From: Trichoplax sp. H2
Lineage: Eukaryota
Direction: 5' to 3'
Length of the DNA stretch: 26,883 nucleotides
Assembly: GCA_003344405.1 (NCBI GenBank)
Contig: NOWV01000132.1
Span: 186,001 to 212,883 of the forward strand
Both the position numbers and the translations under genes were made by a program. The notes beneath the pieces are model-generated. The model was given only the letters and a program-made list of their open reading frames with translations. It did not search any database and was not told where the DNA came from. This document shows positions 11,700-24,400 of the stretch, piece after piece (within the stretch, counting starts at the first letter, position 1; each line of letters begins with the position of its first letter).

Positions 11700-12215
11700 A
11701 AATGAGTCATATCTCCCATTCTACGTTTTGCTATTTGTAAATCAATCGATTACAATTATTGCCAATACTACAGTTAGCCAGGGTGTAGAGTAAATAAGCC
11801 ATATTTTATTACTGTATAACAAAAAATACCATTGCATTATACGTACAATTATGAGCTTCATCGTACTTCTGATTAATTCTAAATAGAATCATAGCTCCTA
11901 TTCTTATACATCTTGGTATTTGTAAATCAACCGATTGTTGCCTATACTCTAGATAAACAAGCGTGTAGCGTAAAAGCGATACTTTAGTGCGTAACAAAAA
12001 TTACCATTGCCTTATATACAACGTATGTGGTTATGAGTCAATACTTCATCATACGTCCATTCTAAATTCTCCTAATTAATTCTAAGTAAAGTCGCACAAG
12101 ATCTCGTAATCTACATCTTGGTATTTATAAATCAACTGATTGTTGCCAAATACTACACATCAACAGAACGTCTAGAAGGTAAGCGATACTTTGCATAAAA
12201 CAAAAATACCACATT
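11700..12215. repeat. Diverged tandem repeat, ~180-205 bp x 3
   Basis: (catcttgg)tattt.taaatcaa..gatt at ~11732, 11917, 12122, each followed by similar tact..gcgatacttt..aaaaataccattgc blocks. Confidence 0.7.
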
Positions 12216-12321
12216 GCAAACGGCAGGATACAAAATTATGTAGACTACGCGTAGAAATTACGCATCATGCGTCCGTTTATTGCAATCAAGCTGAGCTTTA
12301 AACTTGATACAAGTTTATATA

Positions 12322-13420
12322 AATAAAATGTGAATACTGCCCTTTATCAAATGGTAAAGTAGAAATCGATCCACTATAAAGTAGATGTTACTTCATATGA
12401 ATAAACTGTGAATACCACCCATTGCCAAACAGTACAGGCTAACTATAAAGTAGATGCTACTTTGCATACAGGTATATGAGTAAACCGTGAATACTACACA
12501 TTGCCAAACAGTAAGGGCTAACTATAAAGTAGACTTTGCATACAGGTATATGAATAAACCGTAAATACTACCCATTACCAAACAGTAAAGGCTAACTATA
12601 AAGTAGATGCTATTTTGCATAAAGGTATATGAATAAACTGTTAATACAGACCTTAGCCAAACAGTAAAGTAAAATCAGTAGGAATCGACAAAGTATAAAG
12701 TAGATGTTATCCTACATACAGGCATATGAATAAAGCGTTAAAACTAACCTTTGCCAAACNNNNNNNNNNNNNNNNNNNNAATAAAATGTGAATACTGCCC
12801 TTTATCAAATGGTAAAGTAGAAATCGATCCACAATAAAGTAGATGTTACTTCATATGAGTAAACCGTGAATACTACCCATTGCCAAACAGTAAAGGCTAA
12901 CTATAAAGTAGATGCTACTTTGCATACAGGTATATGAATAAACCGTGAATACTACCCATTGCCAAACAGTAAGGGCTAACTATAAAGTAGACTTTGCATA
13001 CAGGTATATGAATAAACCGTGAATACTACCCATTACCAAACAGTAAAGGCTAACTATAAAGTAGATGCTATTTTGCATACAGGTATATGAATAAACCGTG
13101 AATACTACACATTGCCAAACAGTAAGGGCTAACTATAAAGTAGACTTTGCATACAGGTATATGAATAAACCGTGAATACTACCCATTACCAAACAGTAAA
13201 GGCTAACTATAAAGTAGATGCTATTTTGCACACAGGTATATGAATAAACTGTTAATACTGACCTTAGCCAAACAGTAAAGTAAAATCAGTAGGAATCGAC
13301 AAAGTATAAAGTAGATGTTATCCTACATACAGGCATATGAATAAAGCGTTAAAACTAACCTTTGCCAAACTGTAAAGCAAAATAAGTAGCAATCAGTCAA
13401 CTATAAAGTAGATGCTACTT
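12322..13420. repeat. 79/74-bp minisatellite with alternating A/B units, interrupted by an assembly gap
   Basis: Unit taaaccgtgaatactacccattgccaaacagtaaaggctaactataaagtagatgctactttgcatacaggtatatgaa (79 bp) alternates with a 74-bp variant. Confidence 0.92.
12760..12779. other. Assembly gap (20 N)
   Basis: Run of n characters in the sequence. Confidence 1.
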
Positions 13421-14839
13421 TATTGTATCCAACCAACACCATACACCATGACGGCATGACTTTAACACAAAACTAGCGATGTAAAGTCAATCTGCAGAAA
13501 TAAATCAATTATTCTGCAATTTAAGCTTAACGAGCGGAAATGATCTACTCGTAAAATAAATTACTTTCTTGTTAATCAGCTGCAAAAGGGCACCACCTAC
13601 GATTATACTGCATACCACACAGTCCAGTAGAAACAACTGTTATGGTAGCAGCACTAGGGTAGTAAATAAATCATTCAATAGTTATACCAATCCATCATTC
13701 GTACTGTAGCACAACTTTGTGTATCATCATGATGGTATCCAATCGATAGCATAAAAGGATACAACACTGAATCAAATACTTCTCAATGACACACAAAACA
13801 CCTTTGCATTTATATCGATACTGTACAGATATTTTTTTTATTAATGTTTTGCATTACAATAACGGTAGCAATCGTTTTAAGATTGACAATTTAAATCAAT
13901 ATACATTTCAATTGATGATAATTACCCATTGAATTTTTAAGTTTGTCAAGTGCAAGTACACCAGTATCAATACGTATGTATCAAGCGAGATCAATTTAAA
14001 CTTAATCTTACATGCTATTAACAAAGCATAAGATAACATACATCAATGTATACATCGATCATATATATCTATATATACAGTATATTATGTTTACGCCGTA
14101 CGTCCCCTTCAGTTTAGACGAAAAGTTGGACTCGATTTGATAATAACTTAATGCTGTGCAATGTTGCTAAACTTAGCCCAGTAGTGTGTGCAATTGAACC
14201 ACTATCGCGCAACCTAGATCGGATTCATCTTCCTTCAGGACACTATCGCGCCATCCAAAACAGTTGTTGGAAGAAAATCAACAACAAAACATGAGAACTG
14301 ATTTAAAATTGTATTTACATAAAGCCATCTTGCGTCATTAACTTTTTTTTTTATCAATATCAAGAGTACAACCTTCCTTGTATGCCTGTAGTAGTACTAG
14401 TAATAAGTGTATTAATACAATGGAATACAGTAGGAACATTTCCTTCTCGCTATCTATACTGTACGCATGTAGATATTACAAGCGTCATAGTAGATCGATA
14501 TTCCTTTGAACTTGGATCTACCTATCCTGCCTACTGCCATAGTGGATACCACTACCACCACTTACGTCTGTCGTAAATAATCTACATACCATAATTATTC
14601 TTGTGTAGCAACAAAATATTACTTTTCCACCCTATGCCGTTATAACAATTATCATCATCATCGAGTTAAGAAACAGTCAGTGTTCAAATTTTTTGGCTTT
14701 TAAATTGAATTAGAATATCCTCTTTTTCCAAATTCAACATTAATACATCTGAACAATTACAGGGGACTTATGTAGCGGCTTTCAGACAGGATTATAATAA
14801 GCTGACTCCATTCTAATTTTTCCATCTACCGACCATAGT

Positions 14840-15409
14840 CTATCTTTTGGTTAACTTTAACACTAACGGATGCTTACTTTCGTCCTGGCTTTTAACTTTT
14901 TCATTTTTATTGCTCCAAGCAATCGACCAATTGGTGTTACCGTTATCTTGCACATTGATAGCATCATCATGTTCAACATATCCACTTTTAGCGCTATCAT
15001 CTTCTGCCCATGTTATCGGCTCAGGCTCCAGTAATGCTTGTAATTCTTCTCCTTTGCATAGCGGAAATTGCCTCTTTATCCATGGTGATGTTAATGCGGA
15101 TGGTGTATCCCACATATCAGTCCTTCCAGTCGGTGTCGACACTGATGTCGAGCTATTACTACGACTTGATCTACGACTGGAGATTGCTTTACTTTCATCC
15201 ATGACAAAATTTTTTAATGATGCATCATGGTCAATAAAAATATTGCTAATATTATGAATAGGCGTTGATGGAGTGATTTCTGTCGAGCTACCATTTTGGC
15301 TATGTGTTCTACTCTTTTTCTTGATATAGGAGGTATAAAATTTCATTCTTTCTTCAAGTTCATACTTTGCGTGTCGCTTGATAAAAATAGTATCCGACAA
15401 ATCTTCACA
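14840..15409 (-). CDS. KANSL1: KANSL1 terminal coding exon ([21 protein letters not shown]...WIKRQFPL...stop)
   Basis: TAG acceptor, phase 0, 570 nt ending in TAG; second half of the PEHE domain. Confidence 0.92.
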   Translation of the reverse strand, partial: CEDLSDTIFIKRHAKYELEERMKFYTSYIKKKSRTHSQNGSSTEITPSTPIHNISNIFIDHDASLKNFVMDESKAISSRRSSRSNSSTSVSTPTGRTDMWDTPSALTSPWIKRQFPLCKGEELQALLEPEPITWAEDDSAKSGYVEHDDAINVQDNGNTNWSIAWSNKNEKVKSQDESKHPLVLKLTKR

Positions 15410-18400
15410 CTAATTATACGTCGGAAAAGAATAATGAAAAAAATTAGCAATAACCAACATGACTTTAAACAGTAAGAAAGATACGTTTGTTATTTCATGT
15501 TTTGAAATTGTAATATCATTTATTGCGGAAAAGTATGTTTATATATATCTATTTTAATGGCTATTGAATTGAACAATTTTTTTACTGCTTTCATCCACTT
15601 GTGTCACTGACTGTTTTACACTTACTACAATAACGCTATGCTTACTACCTCAACAATAAAACAAGATATATATATATATATAACAATCTCGATACCTCAT
15701 TCATGTTGTCAACAGGATTGGTGGTGGTGGTAGTGGAGGCGGTAGTAGTAGTAGTATTATTTTGCTTGACGTTATCGCTTGTACCATTATTGATATTACT
15801 TGTTGACTGTACATGAGGTACAGATGGGTCCATTTTACTCTCATCTACCTTCAACTGTACGCTATCTACAGTTGTAGTAGTAGTAGTAGTAGTATTGGTA
15901 CAATTGGTGTTATTTTTATTCTTTTTCTTACTTTCACCTAATGACACCGATACAGAATGGCTTGAATGACTACCATCAAGACGACTATTTCCCTTCAATT
16001 CCTCGTTACTATGATGCGTAGGTGATACTGCATTGACATGATGTTCAATATTGTTGGCTGTATTATGACACGAATTGGTTCCATTGACATTACTCGTATT
16101 ACTTGTATTATTCTCCATAGCGTTATCATCATTATCATCATCGTTGTTCGATGTTAACGTTGGCTGATCACCATCAAATTTGGGTTTTTTAATTAATCTC
16201 CAACTTGGTGTTAAAATCTCTTTATATTGAGGCTTTTCAACACGCGTTGCCGATGCAATTGAATAAGGTATAACAATATTATTAATATCGAAAGCAGTAG
16301 AACTGCCTCTCTTTCTTTTCGACGATACCGATTGAACACTTGTAATATTATTTCGTAAGACTGAAGCTGGTAATGAAGCAGATAATCTAGTCGGTGTTTC
16401 AATAGGATGTCGTTGACTAGGTGTACTTTTATTTCTATTTAAATTTGAAGTAACGGTAGGAATTTGTTCTACAAAAAAAGAGATTGAAAAAAAAAAAAAG
16501 AAGAAAAATTATTATACAATAACCATGAAGATAAATATGGTATTAACCAAAAATTAGCTCAATGATATCGTTCAACTGCATCCATTGATTTCAACTTGTC
16601 TATCGAGATAAATTCTAACTGAGTGTAGTAGGCAATTTACTTTCCTTTTACTACTTTATATTACAATTTAAAAACTAAAAGTTATTGTTGTAAAATAGCA
16701 TAACTGATAAATAATACTTGATGTTTACATTAGTATTATCTCCATAGCGTTTTACTACGTTTTCATTGTTAATTTATAAGTGATGAATACTTTACTTTTT
16801 ATTTATTTTTTTTTTCTTCTCCTTTATTTTATCTCATTTCATGAATTTTACTTACCTTGGCTCGATTTACGTTTCTTGCAATCACTTTGTGATAATTTTG
16901 TCGTGTTATTGTCACTTTTACGATTTTTGGGTGTTGCTGAATTCGATTGGCTTTCTACTTATTCATATAATAGAATGCAAGGATATTAATCACTTTAAAC
17001 AAACGTGTAACATTTCTAGACTAGTGATAGATGAAAAATTGGACTCGGACATATCTCTATCTGCATAAATTAACTTATAACAAGCTAAGCTATATAAGGG
17101 GTAATGTAGAATTGTCGTTGAATTAAAATATCTACCGTAGAAAGTATACACGTATTGTCTGCACTCTTTCTCACCTATTGAATTATACAATACAGTCCAA
17201 TAACAATCATACTTACTATATGATTTCATCATCGCGGAACTAGCGCTCTTGGATAATGTTGGCTTTTTCCGAACTTTCTTTATCGCTGGAACTTTGGTAT
17301 CTGACTTGGATAATCTATCATTTTCAAGAAGGGCAAAGTTAAATTTAGGTTTGTATCGATATTTATCGCAATAATAAACAATGTTGCTTATTTAAAGGGC
17401 CATTTCATATTGAAGCATGTTGTGTGATATATATATTGTATTTCATCTAATTACGGAAACTTTTGGCTTGTAGGATGGATTCTATATTGAAGCATGTTGT
17501 GTGATATATATATTGTATTTCATCTAATTACAGAAACTTTTGGCTTGTAGGATGGATTCTATATTGAAGCATGTTGTGTGATATATATATTATATTTCAT
17601 CTAATTACAGAAACTTTTGGCTTGTAGGATGGATTCTATATTGAAGCATGTTGTGTGATATATATATTATATTTCATCTAATTACAGAAACTTTTGGCTT
17701 CTTGGATGGATTCTATATTGAAGCATGTTAGGTGATCTACAGTATATCGTATTTATAGTAATTATTTCAAATTTTACTTATTTTGATGTATTCTATATTG
17801 AAGCATGTTACGTGATGTACAGTATATCGTATTTATAGTAATTATTTCAAATTTTACTTATTTTGATGTATTCTATTTTGAAGCATGTTACGTGATCTAC
17901 AGTATATCGTATTTATAGTAATTATTTCAAATTTTACTTATTTTGATGTATTCTATTTTGAAGCATGTTACGTGATCTACAGTATATCGTATTTATAGTA
18001 ATTATTTCAAATTTTACTTATTTTGATGTATTCTATATTGAAGCATCTTACGTGATATATATATCGTATATACTAATGACTCCAAATGTTACTTATTTTG
18101 ATGTCTTGTATATCGAAGCATCTTGCGTGATCGATATCGTATTTAGACTAATTATTCCAAATGTTACTTATTTTGATGTATTCTAATATTGAAACACCTT
18201 ACGTGATTGATATCGTATATACTAATTATTGAAAATGTTACTTATTTTGATGTCTTGTATATTGAAGCATCTTGTGTGATCGATATCGTATTTAGACTAA
18301 TTATTCCAAATGTTACTTATTTTGATGTCTTGTATATTGAAGCATCTTCCGTGATCGATCTATCTATCTATCTATATATATGGTATTGATACTAATGACT

Positions 18401-21400
18401 TCAAATTCGACTTGTATTCTATTTCTTGAAGCATCTTGCGTGATAGAACGTCTTTACTGTAAAGTACGATCATTTTTGGGGGGCTTATTTGAGGAATTGG
18501 GAGTATGGTGTGTGTTTACATTTTGTTTTAGCAGTAGGGAGGAGGGATGCATTCATAATATTCAAAGTCCATCGATGATGTAATCGATCTGAGTCATGAT
18601 ATGATTGTTGTTGTCTAACAATTTTTTGTATTGCATTTTATTGTCAATCTAACTGATCATTAAAACTGTCTATTTGCATCGATTATCATCGACTTACCTC
18701 TTGCTCGATTCTACTGGATCATCTCTTCTTTTTTCAAGAATTTGTTTTCGGAGTAAACTTTCAAAGTAGAAGGGTAATGGTATATCTATATTTTTTAAAG
18801 CATCAATAATCAATATGGATTACAACATGAGTGGAATAACAACAAGAATCAAACTGGTTCTATTATTCCGTTGTAGACTCCCAGTTTTAAAATAGTCTTG
18901 CAAGCTAACTACGGTAGGATAGGAATGGCAAGCATTTCTCAGGTATTGGTGTAAAACTGAATAATCATCTTCTGACAACGGTATCTAATTGTCTCTTATG
19001 AGATGTCATTTTGGTAGACGGTTTAGGATAAAAAAAACTACTACGGTAGATTTACTACAACGAAAGGAAAAATAGTAGCATGATATTTTGAAGGGGATGC
19101 TATTTTCATCCTTGTACTTCTTATCCTAACAGTAACTGGATCCAACTGTCTATCGTCTCTCTTGACATTCAATTCTCTACATTGCCAATTCTATTCGTCA
19201 TTGAAAGGGTAAATCTATTTCTACTACCATCCACTTGGCTAATCCTACTTGTCCTTTACCATTGATTGACTGTATAAAATTGGAAAAATAGTCAATAGGG
19301 GTTGCCAATACAGTAGACTGACTACGCGGAATCAAAAATAGAAAAATGGAACTGTTGATCATCCTGCTAACTTCTGAATTTTCATTTTGGCATTCTTGAT
19401 CGATCGATCGATCGATCAAGAATGCATGGAAAAAAAAAGCATGCCAGAATGAAAACAGGTTTGAAAATAAATCCCCTTACAAGCCCTTTCCAATCTGCGT
19501 CGTATAACCAAGGTCGAAAGACTACAATCGTTATGGACCAACTTGATTTTACTACTGTGAGATGGGGTAGTTTGGTGTTTTCAAAAATAGACATGGATTA
19601 CAGTATATTTCATGAAATAGTTACCAGTAGAATAGGAAAGTGATGGATGATAGGCTGGATCAAGTTGTTCCAATCGTTGCTTTAACGGTGTTGTGACATC
19701 GATGTCGCCATTTCTTTGGGCTAAACCATTTTGATGGCATTGAAAACATGAGGCTAACGCAGTACATTTATTACAATTTTCTTGTACAGTATTCAATCGA
19801 ATGACTTTGGGTTTTTGATGCAGACGGATAGGCCGAACTCGAGCACAAGATTCTTCTACTATAGGAGAAGAATAGGCAATCAAAAGGGAAAAAAAGAATG
19901 AACATAAGGAAAGAATTGACAACAACAACAACACAAAAAAAGAAATTTCATAATACGAAATAGTAAAACAAGCGGTGGGGGGGGGGGAAAAACGATATTG
20001 AATGGAACAGAGACTATAAACATTCATTTTTTCAATCTTTGCTAAACGAATCCAACATGGCGTCCAATTTCAAGAGTAGTCCAACATGGAATAAAATGAA
20101 TTGACCAGTCCCATCTCTACGGTAAACTCTCTCTCTCTTGCTACACTATTACATCGGTCATAGGAATAAAAACCCCAAAATGCAATGGAGTTCAAGTTGA
20201 TCCTACTGTATCGTGTACGTTAGTCGTTAGTAAGTAGATTGAAAAATAAAAAACTTGAATTGGACATGTCAAGGGAGAGAGAGAAAGAAGGGGACAAAAA
20301 AAAAACCTTTGTGGATTCCTAGACAAAATGCTATCAAAGCCATAGCCAAGGAGGAACAACATAAAACCATGCCGATCTCTCTCTCCATGTAGGCTTGACA
20401 TTCAAGACTGGGTAGAATGGGGTATATGTTGGCATTTTGACATGAAACACTGGATGGATTAAATTGTGACTAGATTGAGCGTTAACATGAAACATTGGAG
20501 AGATTGGCTGCATTTGGACTCCATGGAATGAAATTGTCTGTAGTTGGACTGTATTAATAAGGTCCAAGATGGAATGCATTGAATCTTTTTTTCAAACTTA
20601 CTTGGACAGTGGGCTTCCACTGGATGCCTGTCTTCTAGTTTTTCTAACATTTGTGTATAATGTTGGAGACGTTCTTCTAGTCTTAATTTTTGAAATTCAA
20701 TCCATGTCCAACGCGATGCAATCGATCCTCGATGAAAATACCATTGCTTAACATCGGTTGGAAAACTAGTCCTACAAGATAGAAACGATAGCATGAAAAA
20801 GTGCAATATTGACATGGACGAGAGTAGTAAGGTTAGGGTTAGGGTAAAAATGAAATGTTTGTCAAATTAATTGAAGAGGTCTTTTAAGGCAAGAAAGTCA
20901 TGGATCCAGTAGAGTAAAAAGAGAGTAGAAGGTTAGGGTTAGGGTAAAAATGAAATGTTTGTCAAATTAATTGAAGAGGTCCTTTGAGACAAGAAAGTCA
21001 TGGATCCAGTAGAGTAAAAGAGAGTAGAAGGTTAGGAGGAGAAAAATAAAACGTTTGTCAAATCAATTGAAGAGGTCTTTTGAGACAAGAAAGTCATGGA
21101 TCCAGTAGAGTAAAAGAGAGTAGAAGGTTAGGGTTAGGGTAAAAATGAAATGTTTGTCAAATTAATTGAAGAGGTCTTTTGAGACAAGAAAGTCATGGAT
21201 CCAGTAGAGTAAAAGAGAGTAGAAGGTTAGGGTAAAAATGAAATGTTTGTCAAATCAATTGAAGAGGTCTTTTAAGGCAAGAAAGTCATGGATCCAGTAG
21301 AGTAAAAGAGAGTAGAAGGTTAGGAGGAGAAAAATAAAACGTTTGTCAAATCAATTGAAGAGATCAAGACAAGAAAGTCAACGGTTAACAAGGAGGAAAA

Positions 21401-24400
21401 ATCATCTTGTGGATGTGTCGAGTAGATAAAAAGGAAAAGCAAGACAATCCTATCCACATGGACGATAGCGTATCGCACTGTCTGTGCCACTATTGGAAAT
21501 GATTTTTTCCTCCTGCATCGTTGGGAACTTGAAATGGAGAGACGATATGGAAAAGGGCAAGTAGAAACACTCCAAATAACAACCACTACAACAATAATTA
21601 ATTGTATAACTGGAAATAGGTCTAGTTCATGGTAGCAAAACTCATCCAGTCGGTCCTATGGCAGTAATTGCATTTTCAAAATAGACTCCTACACCACAAT
21701 ATACGAGATCCTTGGGTAGACGACCGCAGGTACACAGTTGTCAGAACAAGTAGAAATCCATTTGCATGGGAAAGAGGGAAATGGGATCAGCATCATCACT
21801 TTCTCAACAAGAAATCGGTTGTCTATGACGATACAAGAGGATGATTTCTTCTTGTAAAGGATTGCCTACAGCGTCGTAAAATAGGAATGGGGGGAGAAAA
21901 ACAAAAAAACAAAAATTGCTACAATATGGGAAAAGGGTTAAGAAAGAACATTCCATTTCGACCCTTTCTACACAACTGGCTAGCATATCCTAAGAGATGG
22001 AAAACTACCCTGCCACATAATTTTGAATAGCAAGCGATGCATGATTTGATTTCTTTTCAATAATAAGGTGGAAGAATCATCATCGGCCTGGCCAAAAATG
22101 CCTTGCGGTTGTTCCTCTTGTAAAGGATACTGTGATGATGGATCATGGCGCAGGGAGAATAATCATCGTCGTTGTCAGAAAGGGAATGGATAATATACTG
22201 TGATGATGGGTAGACTGCTGTTATCCATGCAAGACAACGACGGCTAGGAGAATGTTCAATTTCTTGCCATGTTGTGTTTTGGTTAGCCTACAGGGCTTGG
22301 TGATTGTAGACTACTGTATTGAATCGTTAAGATTGGATGCAAAATGCGATGATGGATCAAATGATTTCATTGCAGTTGGCGTGGAAAATCAATCATTTCT
22401 TTGCCATCCAAGTCAACGCTAGCTGCTATGGTGTATCCATTGCCATGGCTAGCTTATGACGAAATGAATACATGATGGGCAAAATAAGGAATCATAGAGA
22501 CAAGAAAGAGAAAGGGAGAAAATGAAAATGTTTTGTTTTTGGGTCTTCTTTCAATCTTTTGATGCAATGTTGGCATGATTGTCCACTACTACTTTGAGTT
22601 ATTGAGATAGCGAGTCCAAGTTCATGTTTTCCCCTGCAAAACAACTCTGTCTTATAATGCTGTCCAACTATTGGTATGGACACTATTTTCCATCCAATCG
22701 ATCAACATTATGTCTTTTTAGGGAAAGGACTGATGATGATGATTGGAGGCAAGCGCTCCAAGTCCCACTTTCAATATAGGCAAAAACATGGCGATAGGAC
22801 ATAAAAGGCAATGGATGGCCGTTTCCTTTTCAAGGCATTGCAATGATGATATCCATCATGGATTGATCAAAGTTGGTTTTTTCGACTAGTAGGCAGTTGA
22901 AATTGTATTGATGGATCGGCCCAGTTGAAAAGTGATTAAGCAAAAAGTAGCGATCGATATACAAGATGGATCGCTAGTTTGTCTTGTCATGATAAAGGCA
23001 TTCGTGGATTTTCCAAGGTATCCCCATGGCATTGCAAGGATCGTTTCAAAGTACTGTCTTGCCTTGGAATGGATAGAAATGGTTTGTCAATATTGCTCTT
23101 TGAAGCAAGCAGTAGCTACGTAGCAATAGTTTGTCGATGGCCCGGTTGAAATAACAACAAGGAAGTTATCCTCCATCGACCCTGGTTGATCGTCTCCGTT
23201 ATGATGATGATGATGGCACAAGTGGATTTTGCTAGTTTTTGCAAGGTATCAACATGACATTGAATCCATCTTGTTCAAGTAAAGTCTTTCTCTTGTAATG
23301 GATGATCAGTATGGATTTTAAGGGGTTCAACAGTCTAGCAAGAGGAAGAGCAAGTCCATCGGTGATTGGAAGCATGAAGATCAACGCATGATGGCTAGTT
23401 AGCCAATATGGAACACGATGGACAATCGTTGTTGTTGTTGTTGTGGTCATGATGATCCAAGTGGATTTTGAAATGTCAAGAAAAAAAGGATTGCAATCAT
23501 CTTTCAAAGTACTGAGGAATAGAGGAAATTGATGGCATTCTTTTTTTGGGGGGGGGGGCAAAGTCTGCCCTTGTGGAACTAGGCAGTAGAAATGATTGAT
23601 TCATGGCCGTTTGAAAAGAGAAGAAAGAAGAGCATGATGAATGGACGACGGAGAGAGTCTTGCTGTGGACAATGGTTGTGATGGATTTTACAAATCATGT
23701 TGTTGCTTTTTCAAATAGAACCTATCGACTTGGGAAGGATAAAGACAGTGAACCGTGCCATTGGAGAAAGAAAAGTGGCATGCTCGCCTTTGGCTTGGCC
23801 GGTCGCAAAAAGGGGTAAAAAAAGAAGAAAGAAAAAAAGAAAAAAAAAACCCAGATCGCATGGAAAAAGAAAAAGACCCTTTGGTAAGGATCGTCAGAAT
23901 GGAGGAAAAAAATAACCGACTTACCGTTGGGCTACTATAGCTGTATCGGCTGCATCTAATTCATCACAACTTTCACCACCAGAACTACTCTCGGTGACAT
24001 CAGACCATTGCTCTTTCTCCATCATCGTCAATTGATCATCCAGTTGGCCAAGCCAATGGTGGACATGATTGTGTTGTAAATTAAGTTGAGCTTGATGCGA
24101 TGGTGGTTTTACATCCAGGTTATTGAATTGTGGAGGCCATGTTGGTATGCGTTGACGCTTAAATTGACCAATAAACTGTTGTAGCGTGGTATGATGACGA
24201 TGGAGGAATTGATTCCATGTTTCTTTCTCATGATGATGATTCATCATGGCTGTTAAAATAAGACGTGCTTGATAGCCATGTTGTTGCATGACTTGAGCCA
24301 ATTCATCTTGGGCATGTTGCATCATTTGAGTGGATTGAATTTGTCGACAACGTTGGACTAATTGCACTCTTCGATCGTCTAATTTCTCTTGACGTTGGCG

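Noticed and set aside
11645..13660. Possible small minus-strand exons (e.g. LSDEALTYH* near 11650-11680)
   Set aside because: Short AG..GT-bounded open frames are expected by chance, and no homology was recognised.
14847..15257. 136-aa plus-strand ORF (also 24434-24721 with poly-Cys)
   Set aside because: Antisense shadows of KANSL1 exons.
17405..18445. CRISPR-like repeat-spacer appearance
   Set aside because: The intervening sequences are repeated and mutually related rather than unique, there are no cas genes, and the array lies in a spliceosomal intron.
23697..23940. Lys/Arg-rich plus-strand ORFs
   Set aside because: Translation of the A-rich complement of an intronic pyrimidine tract next to the KANSL1 donor site.
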